A stretch of 64,000 bases of DNA from an uncultured Gammaproteobacteria bacterium (GTDB taxonomy: Bacteria > Patescibacteriota > Patescibacteriia > Magasanikbacterales > GWA2-37-8). Made by a program: the position numbers and the translations under genes. The notes under the pieces are model-generated. The model was given only the letters and a program-made list of their open reading frames with translations, did not search any database and had not been told where the DNA came from. Shown here piece after piece: positions 10,019 to 19,472 of this stretch. Every line of letters begins with the position of its first letter. Positions within the stretch are counted from its first letter, which is position 1. The DNA lies in contig CAYUHX010000003.1 in assembly GCA_964444705.1 (NCBI GenBank), positions 3,248-67,247 of the forward strand, read 5' to 3'.

Positions 10019-11521
10019 TTACGACACAAATTTAACTGGACGTCCCTCGTTGTCAGGAAGATACATCGATGGGTTCCCCTTAGAATACTCAACTGAAATA
10101 GTAGGCACTCTCATTCCCGGAGAAAATTCAACTGTGACTTTACTCTCTGCAGTTGGACAATCTGGACCAACGACCCTCCCCTTAATCGCTCTCGCCAAAC
10201 TCGCCGCAAAACCATTTTCCATACCGGTAGAACAAGAAAACAACACCACCATCGGATCATCTTCAAAAAATAAAGGTAACGGATTTTCGCTTTTTTTATT
10301 TAATTCTTCAAATGGAATTAAATTATCAACAGTTACATCAGCTAAAGGATCTGTTGTTCTCTGATTACGAAATTCTGTTCGCGGCGCCATAATATTAAAA
10401 CCTTTTTTATGACCATGTGCCCCCACAAACATGAAAGAAATATTATGTCGTGTAACTTTGGCGATCGGTGGATCATTTGGCTTATACCCGTATTTTTCAT
10501 TAAGCGCCATGAGCAGCAAAGGAAAACCAGTAGCGTTTTCAACTTCAATAAAACGTAAATAACTTTTTCCTTTCACTTGGTCATATACCGAGGCATACGT
10601 TTTTTTTGAAAGAGCAAAGGCACCATTCCAATCTTCAAACACATTTACAGAAATACCAAACGGCAAATCATTCTTGTCTCTTTGTTCATATTGGGCAACC
10701 AGCGCTTCAAGTGGATAGCGTGCAAAATCTTTTAGCCCAAACTGATTGGTGAGCACCTTGGCACATCCAGGATGTTTTTGTTCAAGCGCAACAAGCGCAT
10801 CTAAATTATTGCGAAAAAAATTTTCAATTTCTGGTACATACTCTTTCTCCTCACGTGCATATCCGGTAAGTCTCCACGCCTGCACATATTGTACAAGGTA
10901 CAATTGATCAATTTTAACTGACCGAGCTCTCAGGTAGCGCTCAGCAACTTGTATTTGTTCTTTTTCATTAACTGCGAGCAAACTCACTGTCTCTTCCATG
11001 GGTGTTAAATTAGCGGCATCATCTTCTTTATCACTGGCAAGCACCTGCTCTACATACCTTGTTTTAGCGTTCGGTCTGGCATAACGCCGCAACACTGAAA
11101 GCACACCAGAAACTCCATTGGTTTTTAAAATATTGCACGCCTTTTGATCAGCAATTTTTTCTTCCTCACCATTACCCTCAAACAGACCAAGCCTCTCTCG
11201 ATTTTGAAAAGCCACTTGATGCTGCTCAAGAGTAGTGGCTAAATTTGGCAATTTACTCAATAGAGCAACTGCATTCCCTATCAAACCAGGTACCGCTATA
11301 CTTTCGGACAACTTTAAAATGGTCCCAAGCAAAAAAAGCCCTTCCGGGAAGGATTCTGGGTAGAGCAACGCCTCAATATCCACAAACTCTAATGCCTGAA
11401 TACATTTTTTTATTTCTGTTCGACTCCCAAAAGAAAGTGCCGTGAGCAATTTTCTTTCAAGGTCAGTAAAAATTCTTTTCTTGTCTTTTCTTTCACCATG
11501 ATATTCGAGAGCTTCAGACAT
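10019..11521 (-). CDS. Hypothetical protein with putative C-terminal His-Cys (clan CD-like) peptidase domain
   Basis: 500-aa ORF with 5-6 nt spacers inside pheS-pheT; FVGAHG and VVLFSCSTG motifs. Confidence 0.6.
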   Translation of the reverse strand: MSEALEYHGERKDKKRIFTDLERKLLTALSFGSRTEIKKCIQALEFVDIEALLYPESFPEGLFLLGTILKLSESIAVPGLIGNAVALLSKLPNLATTLEQHQVAFQNRERLGLFEGNGEEEKIADQKACNILKTNGVSGVLSVLRRYARPNAKTRYVEQVLASDKEDDAANLTPMEETVSLLAVNEKEQIQVAERYLRARSVKIDQLYLVQYVQAWRLTGYAREEKEYVPEIENFFRNNLDALVALEQKHPGCAKVLTNQFGLKDFARYPLEALVAQYEQRDKNDLPFGISVNVFEDWNGAFALSKKTYASVYDQVKGKSYLRFIEVENATGFPLLLMALNEKYGYKPNDPPIAKVTRHNISFMFVGAHGHKKGFNIMAPRTEFRNQRTTDPLADVTVDNLIPFEELNKKSENPLPLFFEDDPMVVLFSCSTGMENGFAASLARAIKGRVVGPDCPTAESKVTVEFSPGMRVPTISVEYSKGNPSMYLPDNEGRPVKFVS

Positions 11522-11527
11522 ACAAAA

Positions 11528-12559
11528 CTAGAATTGTTCTAAAAAGCGCAGACTGCCATTTTCAAGCAGACGAATGTCTTCAATGCCGTATTTAAGCATC
11601 ACGAGACGTGTTAAACCAAACCCAAAGGCAAACCCTTGATAGGCATGAGCATCAAGATTGCCTGCCGCAAGCACGCTGGGGTGCACCATGCCCGCACCAC
11701 CAATTTCCAGCCACCCACTGGCTTTACACACCCGACAACCTTTTCCTTGGCAAAGAAAACAAGTGACTTCCAAATTCACCCCCGGCTCAACGAAAGGATA
11801 AAATTTGGGACGTAAACGCACGGCGGTTTCTTTGCCATACAGATGGTGCACCGTGGCTTCAAGCACGCCTTTGAGGTGACTGAATGTGATATCTTTATCA
11901 ACCACCAAGCCTTCTAGTTGGTAAAACGTATGCTCGTGGCGCACATCGGTAGCTTCGTTCCGAAAACATTTTCCCGGCACAATCATACGAAGCGGAGCAC
12001 CATATTTTTGCATGCCGCGCACCTGCACCGATGATGTGTGCGTACGCATCACCCAAGCCGAATGATCTTTAATATAAAACGTATCTTGCATGTCACGCGC
12101 CGGATGATCGGCCGGCACATTCACCGCGGTAAAATTATAATATTCGCTTTCGAGCTCCGGCCCATCAGCTACCAAAAAACCCATTGAAGTAAAAAAATCT
12201 TCTAGATCACGCTGCACTGTAGTGTTGGGGTGATAATGTCCCACGTTCTGCCGCGGCAAAGCTGGCTGTGTTATGTCTATCTGTTCGGTGGCGCCAAGCG
12301 TCTGCCACACCTGTTCTTTAAATTCTGTGCGCTTTTGCTGAAAAGCGGCGTCAATGGTTTCTTTTACTTCATTTGCAAATTGACCGATCGCCTTGCGTTC
12401 AGCATCACCAAGATCACGTAAACCTTTCAATACATTAGTGAGTTCACCATTTTTACGACCAAGAATCTGATTTTCCAATTCTTCTAAAGCGATTGCTTCT
12501 TTTATTTCTTTTAATGCACCAAACACTCTATCCTTGAGTTGTTCTAAGGTTGACCGCAT
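11528..12559 (-). CDS. pheS: Phenylalanine-tRNA ligase alpha subunit
   Basis: HPARDMQDTFY, RTHTS, FYQLEG, YPFVEP, GFAFGFG. Confidence 0.98.
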   Translation of the reverse strand: MRSTLEQLKDRVFGALKEIKEAIALEELENQILGRKNGELTNVLKGLRDLGDAERKAIGQFANEVKETIDAAFQQKRTEFKEQVWQTLGATEQIDITQPALPRQNVGHYHPNTTVQRDLEDFFTSMGFLVADGPELESEYYNFTAVNVPADHPARDMQDTFYIKDHSAWVMRTHTSSVQVRGMQKYGAPLRMIVPGKCFRNEATDVRHEHTFYQLEGLVVDKDITFSHLKGVLEATVHHLYGKETAVRLRPKFYPFVEPGVNLEVTCFLCQGKGCRVCKASGWLEIGGAGMVHPSVLAAGNLDAHAYQGFAFGFGLTRLVMLKYGIEDIRLLENGSLRFLEQF

Positions 12560-12587
12560 AACACGAAGAAATTACATCACAAAAATC

Positions 12588-13787
12588 TTAAAAGAATTTA
12601 CTAAAAAAATTTCCCACTATTCCATGCATATTCGCCAAATCTTTGAAGGTGACAAAAAGAACGAGTAACATTAATGCTCCAAAACCAACAAGGTGTGCAA
12701 TCTGTTCGTATTTTGGGGTAATCGGGCGACGAAGAATTTTAGCAATAAGTACAAACGCCAACCGACCACCATCAAGCGCTGGAATGGGGAGCACATTGAG
12801 CACGGCTAAATTAAGCGAAAGAAGTGCCGTGAATTGTACCAAATACGAAAAACCCATACGTGCGACGCGTCCGGTAAGCATGGCCACGCCAACAGGGCCC
12901 GAGACAGCACCGCCCACACCCGCCCCAGTAAACAAACCTATGAGAAGATGATAAAAACCAAGGACGATTTCTTTAAGATCAACAAAAGTGGTGATAACAC
13001 CTTCATAAAGCGCGCGATACCATGGATAGCGAACAAATCCAATTTCGGCAATTGCAACACCGATGCCACCTTTGCCGTTATCGGCATTCACCACCGGATG
13101 GATAGATTGCGTCAATCGCGCACGATCTCGCTCCACCACCACAGTGATATATCCATCTCGATTGGCGTCAATATATTGTTGCAGCTCTTTTAAGCGTGGA
13201 TTTTGAAGCGGCCCCACACTCACAAGCACATCACCTGCTTTTAACCCCGCCTTCTCAGCCGGCTTCCCTGGCAACACCTGCATAATTTCTATTTTTCGAT
13301 CCCGCACAAAACGCACATCAGCCATGTTCTCAGTAGGTTGCGGCAACCCAATCATAAAACCGGCACTAAAAAGAACAATTGCCACTAAATCGTTCATAAA
13401 AACTCCTGCGAGAAGCACTAACGATTTCTGCCAGGTTTTCTTTGCCGCGAAACTGTCGGGGTCAGCTGCCTCTGTACCGCTTGCATCTTCACCTTTAATT
13501 TTCACAAATCCTCCGAGCGGCAACAAATTAAGCGAATACACCGTTCCGCCACTCCACTCAGCTGGCACCGGCGGCACCACTTTACCCCACACAAAACGCC
13601 ACTTGATCTCTTTCTTTGCACCAACCATTTTCACTAAACGCTGCACCCCGCACACTCGCGGCGGAAAACCAAATCCAAATTCATCAACTCGAATGCCACT
13701 TTTTCGAGCCACAATAAAATGTCCAAATTCATGTGACAAAACCAAAATGGCAAGAACAATCAAAAACGTAATTAAAGTAGTAATCAT
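12588..13787 (-). CDS. rseP: Site-2 intramembrane metalloprotease with PDZ domain
   Basis: HEFGH, PLGGFVKI, NVLPIPALDGG, PDZ segment. Confidence 0.95.
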   Translation of the reverse strand: MITTLITFLIVLAILVLSHEFGHFIVARKSGIRVDEFGFGFPPRVCGVQRLVKMVGAKKEIKWRFVWGKVVPPVPAEWSGGTVYSLNLLPLGGFVKIKGEDASGTEAADPDSFAAKKTWQKSLVLLAGVFMNDLVAIVLFSAGFMIGLPQPTENMADVRFVRDRKIEIMQVLPGKPAEKAGLKAGDVLVSVGPLQNPRLKELQQYIDANRDGYITVVVERDRARLTQSIHPVVNADNGKGGIGVAIAEIGFVRYPWYRALYEGVITTFVDLKEIVLGFYHLLIGLFTGAGVGGAVSGPVGVAMLTGRVARMGFSYLVQFTALLSLNLAVLNVLPIPALDGGRLAFVLIAKILRRPITPKYEQIAHLVGFGALMLLVLFVTFKDLANMHGIVGNFFSKFF

Positions 13788-13865
13788 AGCACCAAAGAAA
13801 CTTGCTTAATTCTTATTTTTAAAGTAAAATATGCTTAATAATGCTTATTTTTAACATCACACACT

Positions 13866-14432
13866 ATGACAGCACTTTACCTCATACTCATTGTTTTGGC
13901 AATACTCATTGGATGGGTTATCGCGCTCTATAATGGCTTAATTCAAGCAAAAAATCGTGTTGACGAAGCCTACAGCGACATTGACGTACAGCTTAAACGC
14001 CGCTACGATTTAATTCCAAACCTCGTTGAAACCGTCAAAGGCTACATGACCCACGAACGTGAAACACTCGTCAAACTCACTGAGGCACGATCCGCAGCAA
14101 TGACTACACATGATTCAAAAGATGCGAGCTTGGCCGATAAAGAACGAGCAGAAAATAGCCTCGGCGGCACACTTAAAACCATTTTTGCCTTAAGCGAAAA
14201 TTATCCTGACCTCAAAGCGAACCAAAACTTCCTTCAATTACAAGACGAAATTACTGATACGGAAAACAAAATTCAAGCTTCTCGCCGCTTTTATAACGGC
14301 AATGTACGTGATTTCAACACTAAAATTCAAGTATTCCCTTCCAACATATTTGCCACTCAGCTTCATTTTACCAAATATGAATTTTTTCAAGCTGAAGCTA
14401 CTGAACGTCAAAATGTGCAGGTGAAATTTTAA
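13866..14432 (+). CDS. lemA: LemA family protein
   Basis: IDVQLKRRYDLIPNLVETVKGY, ENYPDLKANQNF. Confidence 0.95.
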   Translation: MTALYLILIVLAILIGWVIALYNGLIQAKNRVDEAYSDIDVQLKRRYDLIPNLVETVKGYMTHERETLVKLTEARSAAMTTHDSKDASLADKERAENSLGGTLKTIFALSENYPDLKANQNFLQLQDEITDTENKIQASRRFYNGNVRDFNTKIQVFPSNIFATQLHFTKYEFFQAEATERQNVQVKF

Positions 14433-14441
14433 TATTTCTCT

Positions 14442-14852
14442 ATGGAAAGAGGTCCTCACACACCCGATGTACTGCAAGAAAAAGTGCTTTCCTCAAACGA
14501 GCTCATTGCCGAGCTTCAATCAAGATGGCAGATTCCACCTGAAGAAAGCGCAAAACTTATCGCAACCATGACCGAAACAAGCCCTGACGACGGCAATGCC
14601 CGCTGGAGAATAACCCCTGGCTTACGCGCAGACGAATTCACTTTAAAAAGATTTGGTGGTCAAAAATCTTTTGTTCTACAATTAGGAAAAGCCAGTCGTT
14701 TAAACCAAGAAACAGGCGAAATGGTTTCTTTCAGCTATCCCATGATAGTGCAAAAACCTCACGAAAAAATGCCCGAAAAAAAGGCGGGAAATAATGCCAC
14801 CGGTCATTTTTTGCCACCCAGCAGCCCTGCCCGACCAAAAAAAGGATACTAA
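14442..14852 (+). CDS. Hypothetical protein
   Basis: 136-aa ORF closely spaced after lemA. Confidence 0.65.
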   Translation: MERGPHTPDVLQEKVLSSNELIAELQSRWQIPPEESAKLIATMTETSPDDGNARWRITPGLRADEFTLKRFGGQKSFVLQLGKASRLNQETGEMVSFSYPMIVQKPHEKMPEKKAGNNATGHFLPPSSPARPKKGY

Positions 14853-14873
14853 TACCCATATTTCCGAATACCT

Positions 14874-15665
14874 ATGTCTGAAATAAAAAAATCTCCACCC
14901 GAATACACCCTCACCCTCGATCAAAGACAACAACGAGAAAAAAATAAGGTTTGTCTTTTTTTGCATGATTATTTCAGACAACACCCTAAGTTTTCACTAT
15001 CACCTGAATACTCTGAGCTATACGAAGAATTTTTCGATAAAGTCATTCCTGTTTTTCATCAACGATCCATCTATCTTGAAGAACCCACCTTACCGCGAAA
15101 TCTGGAACGATCAGTTTTACTCCGAAAAAAAGTTGCTGATTTATTAGCGCTTCGAGAGCAACTACGACAAAAAACAGCTCCTCTGACTCAGAAAGAAGTT
15201 GACGCCCTGCGCAGTACACTTATACCCACTAAAAAGGAAAGCAAAAAAGGAGAAAAAGAAGTATCTCTCCTAAATACCTATACCGAACAACAACTTATCA
15301 CCTACGCCGAACAATACCTTGATTCACTTTATGCGGTTCGCCCAACTCGAGAACCTGTACACAAGTGGGTTCACGCAGGTCGCAAATACAAAGAAGATCC
15401 TTTTCTCTCGCTTGATGCCAACCAGGCGCTGGGTGGTTTTTTTCGCGCCGTACACAATGTGCCGCTTGATGAAAAGGGCGCGCTCCAAGTTGCAATAAAT
15501 GACCTCAAAGAAAAAGGGGTGATTCCACCAGAAATAAATTTTTCAGAAATACCACGTCACGCCCTACTCGGACACACTGCCATCAAGCTACTCACCGCAC
15601 TTCAAGCTATGGAAAAAGCCTACTCAGAAGCTCTTGTTGCACTCACGCCAAAAAAAGAATCTTAA
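14874..15665 (+). CDS. Hypothetical helical protein
   Basis: 263-aa ORF between lemA and htpX. Confidence 0.7.
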   Translation: MSEIKKSPPEYTLTLDQRQQREKNKVCLFLHDYFRQHPKFSLSPEYSELYEEFFDKVIPVFHQRSIYLEEPTLPRNLERSVLLRKKVADLLALREQLRQKTAPLTQKEVDALRSTLIPTKKESKKGEKEVSLLNTYTEQQLITYAEQYLDSLYAVRPTREPVHKWVHAGRKYKEDPFLSLDANQALGGFFRAVHNVPLDEKGALQVAINDLKEKGVIPPEINFSEIPRHALLGHTAIKLLTALQAMEKAYSEALVALTPKKES

Positions 15666-15696
15666 CATTTTTGTCGGCAACAACTTTCACACACCT

Positions 15697-16593
15697 ATGT
15701 ATTCTCAAATTGATTCAAATAAACGCAGTTCAATACTATTGGTCATGATTTTTATCACCATTATTATTGGTCTTGGCTACGCCTACAGTCAACTCACCGG
15801 TGACAGCACCTACGGCGGCGTCTGGATTGCGATCATCATTTCTTTTTTTTCCACTATTTTTTCTTATTATCAAGGAGACACCATTGCACTCTACACAAGC
15901 GGCGCTGTGGCGATTGCGAAAGAAGACAACCCCTATCTGTATAACCTCGTCGAAAATCTTTCGATCGCTTCAGGAATTCCCATGCCTAAACTCCACATTA
16001 TTCCCGATGAGGCGATCAATGCTTTCGCCACCGGCCGCGACCCTGCACACGCTTCAATTGCGGTCACCCAAGGTGCCATTGATAAATTAGAAAACGAAGA
16101 ACTTGAAGGCGTGTTGGCACACGAACTTTCGCATGTCACCAATTACGATATTCGCTTTATGACCCTCGTTGCAGTGCTGGTAGGATCTATTTCTATTTTA
16201 GCAAATTTATTTCTCCGTTCACGCTGGTTTATGGGCGGAAAACGAAGTAATCGTGAAGGAGAAGGCAATCAACTTGGCGGCATTTTAATGATTGTCGGCA
16301 TTGTCCTCGCCATTCTTTCTCCCATTATCGCCGAACTCATTAAACTTGCCATTTCACGTCGACGTGAATATTTGGCCGATGCCTCAGGCAGTCTTTTAAC
16401 CCGCTATCCCGAAGGGTTAGCCAGCGCACTCGAAAAAATTGCTGCTGAAAACCAGCCCCTACAACAAGCCTCTCAGGCTACCGCACATCTTTTTCTTGCA
16501 AGCCCTTTTTCTCAAAAATCATTTTGGAATTTATTTGCCACCCACCCACCGATTGAAGAACGCATAAAAAAATTGCGGGAAATAGGCGTGTAA
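15697..16593 (+). CDS. htpX: HtpX-family M48 zinc metalloprotease
   Basis: NAFATG, HELSH, SRRREYLAD, THPPIEERI. Confidence 0.95.
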   Translation: MYSQIDSNKRSSILLVMIFITIIIGLGYAYSQLTGDSTYGGVWIAIIISFFSTIFSYYQGDTIALYTSGAVAIAKEDNPYLYNLVENLSIASGIPMPKLHIIPDEAINAFATGRDPAHASIAVTQGAIDKLENEELEGVLAHELSHVTNYDIRFMTLVAVLVGSISILANLFLRSRWFMGGKRSNREGEGNQLGGILMIVGIVLAILSPIIAELIKLAISRRREYLADASGSLLTRYPEGLASALEKIAAENQPLQQASQATAHLFLASPFSQKSFWNLFATHPPIEERIKKLREIGV

Positions 16594-16613
16594 AAAACAG
16601 ACACAATTGACAG

Positions 16614-16640
16614 AGCCCGCTACGGAGTACGTAGCGGGCT
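16614..16640. terminator. Hairpin terminator between htpX and the cupin cassette
   Basis: agcccgctacg-gagta-cgtagcgggct, 11-bp perfect stem. Confidence 0.75.
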
Positions 16641-16663
16641 TGTGGCTTGGGCGGTACAGGAAC

Positions 16664-17104
16664 TCAGGTGCAGCAGCGAGCGAGGATGTCGCTCTCGCCG
16701 ACGCCCTTGGTGAGCGCATCCAGCTCAGGGCAGGCGTGCCAGTCCGGGCCTTGGGTTCGGCCGAACTTGACCGTGTGGATCGCCGCTCCCACAGGCAGGT
16801 AGACGTTGTGGGCGACGCCGATCTCGGTGGTCACGGTGTCTCCCTCCCGTAGGATCCGCCAGACCGGCTGCCCATCGCGCAGCTCCACGATCGCCATCCA
16901 GCCAGACTGGACGGCGTAGATCTCCTTCACTCCCAAGTGGAAGTGCGAGTTCTGCCAGGCACCCTCGTCACCAGCCTGAGTGCGGATGTAGCCACTTCCG
17001 TCCTGATGCATCCGGCGAAACCGGAACTCCTGGTTCGGCATCAGCTCATCCTTGATTGCAGCCATACCAAACTCCTGGGCTTCCTCGAGAGACAAATTCG
17101 CCAT
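16664..17104 (-). CDS. Cupin-domain protein (high-GC cassette 1)
   Basis: HFH...EIYAVQSG...AHNVY cupin motif; SD gaaggagg; GC-rich codons. Confidence 0.85.
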   Translation of the reverse strand: MANLSLEEAQEFGMAAIKDELMPNQEFRFRRMHQDGSGYIRTQAGDEGAWQNSHFHLGVKEIYAVQSGWMAIVELRDGQPVWRILREGDTVTTEIGVAHNVYLPVGAAIHTVKFGRTQGPDWHACPELDALTKGVGESDILARCCT

Positions 17105-17218
17105 GAGGCCTCCTTCTTTCTGACGAGATGATTAGACTGTAAAATAGCCAAATTTTCGCTAAAATACAGTCCAATCATCCACGTTTTAAAGAGCTTTCTA
17201 TTCAAGAAATAACAAATA

Positions 17219-17247
17219 TATATACCATAAAAAATAGGTTTTGTCAA
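17219..17247 (-). promoter_or_regulatory. Sigma70 promoter of cassette 1
   Basis: TTGACA-17nt-TATATA with TG extension. Confidence 0.7.
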
Positions 17248-17308
17248 GATAACAATACAATCAATTAGCTAACCTTAGCTAGTTTTAAAAATGACCAATT
17301 TTTTAATA

Positions 17309-17947
17309 TCAAAACTCCTTCCCTTGAACCATTCTTCCCCACTCATCAATTTCTCCCACAATCATTTGCGTAGGGACAAATTCTTCTTGAAACAACGGAA
17401 TGCTTATTTCTTTATTTTTTTCAACAAACTCGACTAAACGAAAATCTTCCGGTCGTAATTTTACCAAAGTGAGATGGGGTAAAAATTGATTACCCGACAG
17501 TTCGGTTCCGTAGGTGAGAATATGTGCACGGACCAATTCCGGCGTGGTCGGATCATCCACCATTTGCTTAAATTGACGCATCAGTCTTCCTTCGGTCAGT
17601 GGCATAATTTTGACCACGACCTCTTCGTGAATTTTTTGCAATTCAGGAGTATTCACTAGATTCCAAAATAGATTATTGCTGGAAGGATGGAAAAATAACT
17701 TTCTTTCAAAAACTAACGACACCAACGTGAAGGCATTTTTAATTTTTTCAACGATGTTATGTACGCTCTCTTTTTGGATAGAAGAAATCCGTGCTTGGAA
17801 TAAAGTAATATGTGGATAGTTTTCAGGACTTAATTCTAAAAAAGGCACTATCCCGATTTGTTTAAGTTGCTTGACTAGTTTAAATGAAGCCAAAGATACA
17901 CGCTCGGAAACGGTAAAAGCAACACCAATATTAACTTCTGAATTCAT
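17309..17947 (-). CDS. 2H phosphoesterase (2'-5' RNA ligase/LigT-like superfamily)
   Basis: Two HxT motifs: PHITL and PHLTL. Confidence 0.8.
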   Translation of the reverse strand: MNSEVNIGVAFTVSERVSLASFKLVKQLKQIGIVPFLELSPENYPHITLFQARISSIQKESVHNIVEKIKNAFTLVSLVFERKLFFHPSSNNLFWNLVNTPELQKIHEEVVVKIMPLTEGRLMRQFKQMVDDPTTPELVRAHILTYGTELSGNQFLPHLTLVKLRPEDFRLVEFVEKNKEISIPLFQEEFVPTQMIVGEIDEWGRMVQGKEF

Positions 17948-17950
17948 ACC

Positions 17951-19315
17951 CTATCCTTGGATCATTTCACTCACCTCTTTCACTTTTTCCTCCATGAGCA
18001 CTGACGAAATTGCTTCCAAATTAAGTCGTAATTTATTTTCCGTATTAGATGGCCGCACGTTGAACCACCATTCCGGCCACTCAAAACTAAGCCCATCAAA
18101 ATCGTAACGCAGATGGTCGGCATATTTCTCTCGCAAACGCGCGAGAGCAGCAGCTTTATCTTCGACATTAAAATTTATTTCTTCCCCATGATGATACCGA
18201 TAAAATGGCACCACAAAATCAGCCGCAGCTAATCCACTTGCCGAAAGTTCTTCTAAAAATTTAAGCACCATAATTTCGGGCGCTTCAAACGTGCCGTGCG
18301 GCAAACGTACAAAAAAATGACCAGATGATTCACCTGCAAACGGCATATTTTGTGCTCGCATCTGCTCTTTGATGAGCGAGTGCCCGACTTTAGTCACCAC
18401 TGGAATACCACCCGCTTCTTCTATCAAATCAATGGTGATTTTACCCGGGCGAATGTCGTAACCAATAGCAGCACCAGGATATTGACGCAAAAAAATGCGT
18501 GCCAAAATTCCCCGAATAATAGCTTGATCAATTGTTTTGCCTGTATTATCAACAAAAAATAATCGATCAGCATCACCATCAAAGGCAATGCCCAAATCTG
18601 CTTTGTTTTCACGGACTTTTTCTTGCAACACATGATTATTTTTATCTTTGAGCGGATCCGCTTCGTGATTCGGGAAACGACCATCAAGCTCAAAAAAGAG
18701 TGGAATGACTTTACCAGGCAAATGGCTGGCAAGAGCCGTCATAAGCGGGCCACCCATGCCATTGGCCGTATCTACTACAATGGTGAGTGGTTTAATCTTT
18801 GAAATATCGACTTGTGTGAGCGCAAAATCTATCTGTTCTTTAAGAACATCTGCGCGCACCGTCACTGTGCCCGGAACAGCGGCGGGAATAAATTCATTTT
18901 TTTCCGCCAAATCGCGAATAGACATAATACCCGTATCTCCACTAATTGGCACTCCAGCCGCCCGCACTAACTTGCACCCATTGTATTCAGCCGGGTTGTG
19001 CGAAGCAGAAATCTGAACTCCACCATCATAGCGAAATCGCCCCACGGCAAAATAAAAAGTCGGCGTTGATACGAGACCAACATCAATCACATTCACTCCC
19101 TGCTGCGTAATACCCTCGATCACCGCTTTAGCCAACGCTGGTGATGATATGCGCATATCTCTTCCCACCACAAGAGTGGGTGCAAGTTTTTTTAATTCCG
19201 CTTTCATGAATTCAGCAAATGCTTGACCGATCCGGTGTGCAATGTCTTCGTTCAACTCGGTGGGATAGATACCACGAATATCGTAGGCTTTAAAAATTGC
19301 ATGAGGAAATGACAT
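17951..19315 (-). CDS. Phosphomannomutase/phosphoglucomutase
   Basis: FKAYDIRG, SASHNP, DGDADR, GESSGH; start set at MSFPH. Confidence 0.95.
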   Translation of the reverse strand: MSFPHAIFKAYDIRGIYPTELNEDIAHRIGQAFAEFMKAELKKLAPTLVVGRDMRISSPALAKAVIEGITQQGVNVIDVGLVSTPTFYFAVGRFRYDGGVQISASHNPAEYNGCKLVRAAGVPISGDTGIMSIRDLAEKNEFIPAAVPGTVTVRADVLKEQIDFALTQVDISKIKPLTIVVDTANGMGGPLMTALASHLPGKVIPLFFELDGRFPNHEADPLKDKNNHVLQEKVRENKADLGIAFDGDADRLFFVDNTGKTIDQAIIRGILARIFLRQYPGAAIGYDIRPGKITIDLIEEAGGIPVVTKVGHSLIKEQMRAQNMPFAGESSGHFFVRLPHGTFEAPEIMVLKFLEELSASGLAAADFVVPFYRYHHGEEINFNVEDKAAALARLREKYADHLRYDFDGLSFEWPEWWFNVRPSNTENKLRLNLEAISSVLMEEKVKEVSEMIQG

Positions 19316-19472
19316 ATATAATTGCTTTGACTGATTGAGTAAAAAACGATATACTACCATTGTATTTTTAGTGTATAACGTCTTGCATAATCGGTAAAGT
19401 TTTGCCTGGCCTCGCACGTAAAAAGACACTAACACATCACGCACTTTTTCAACTATCTTCACCAAAGATCTT

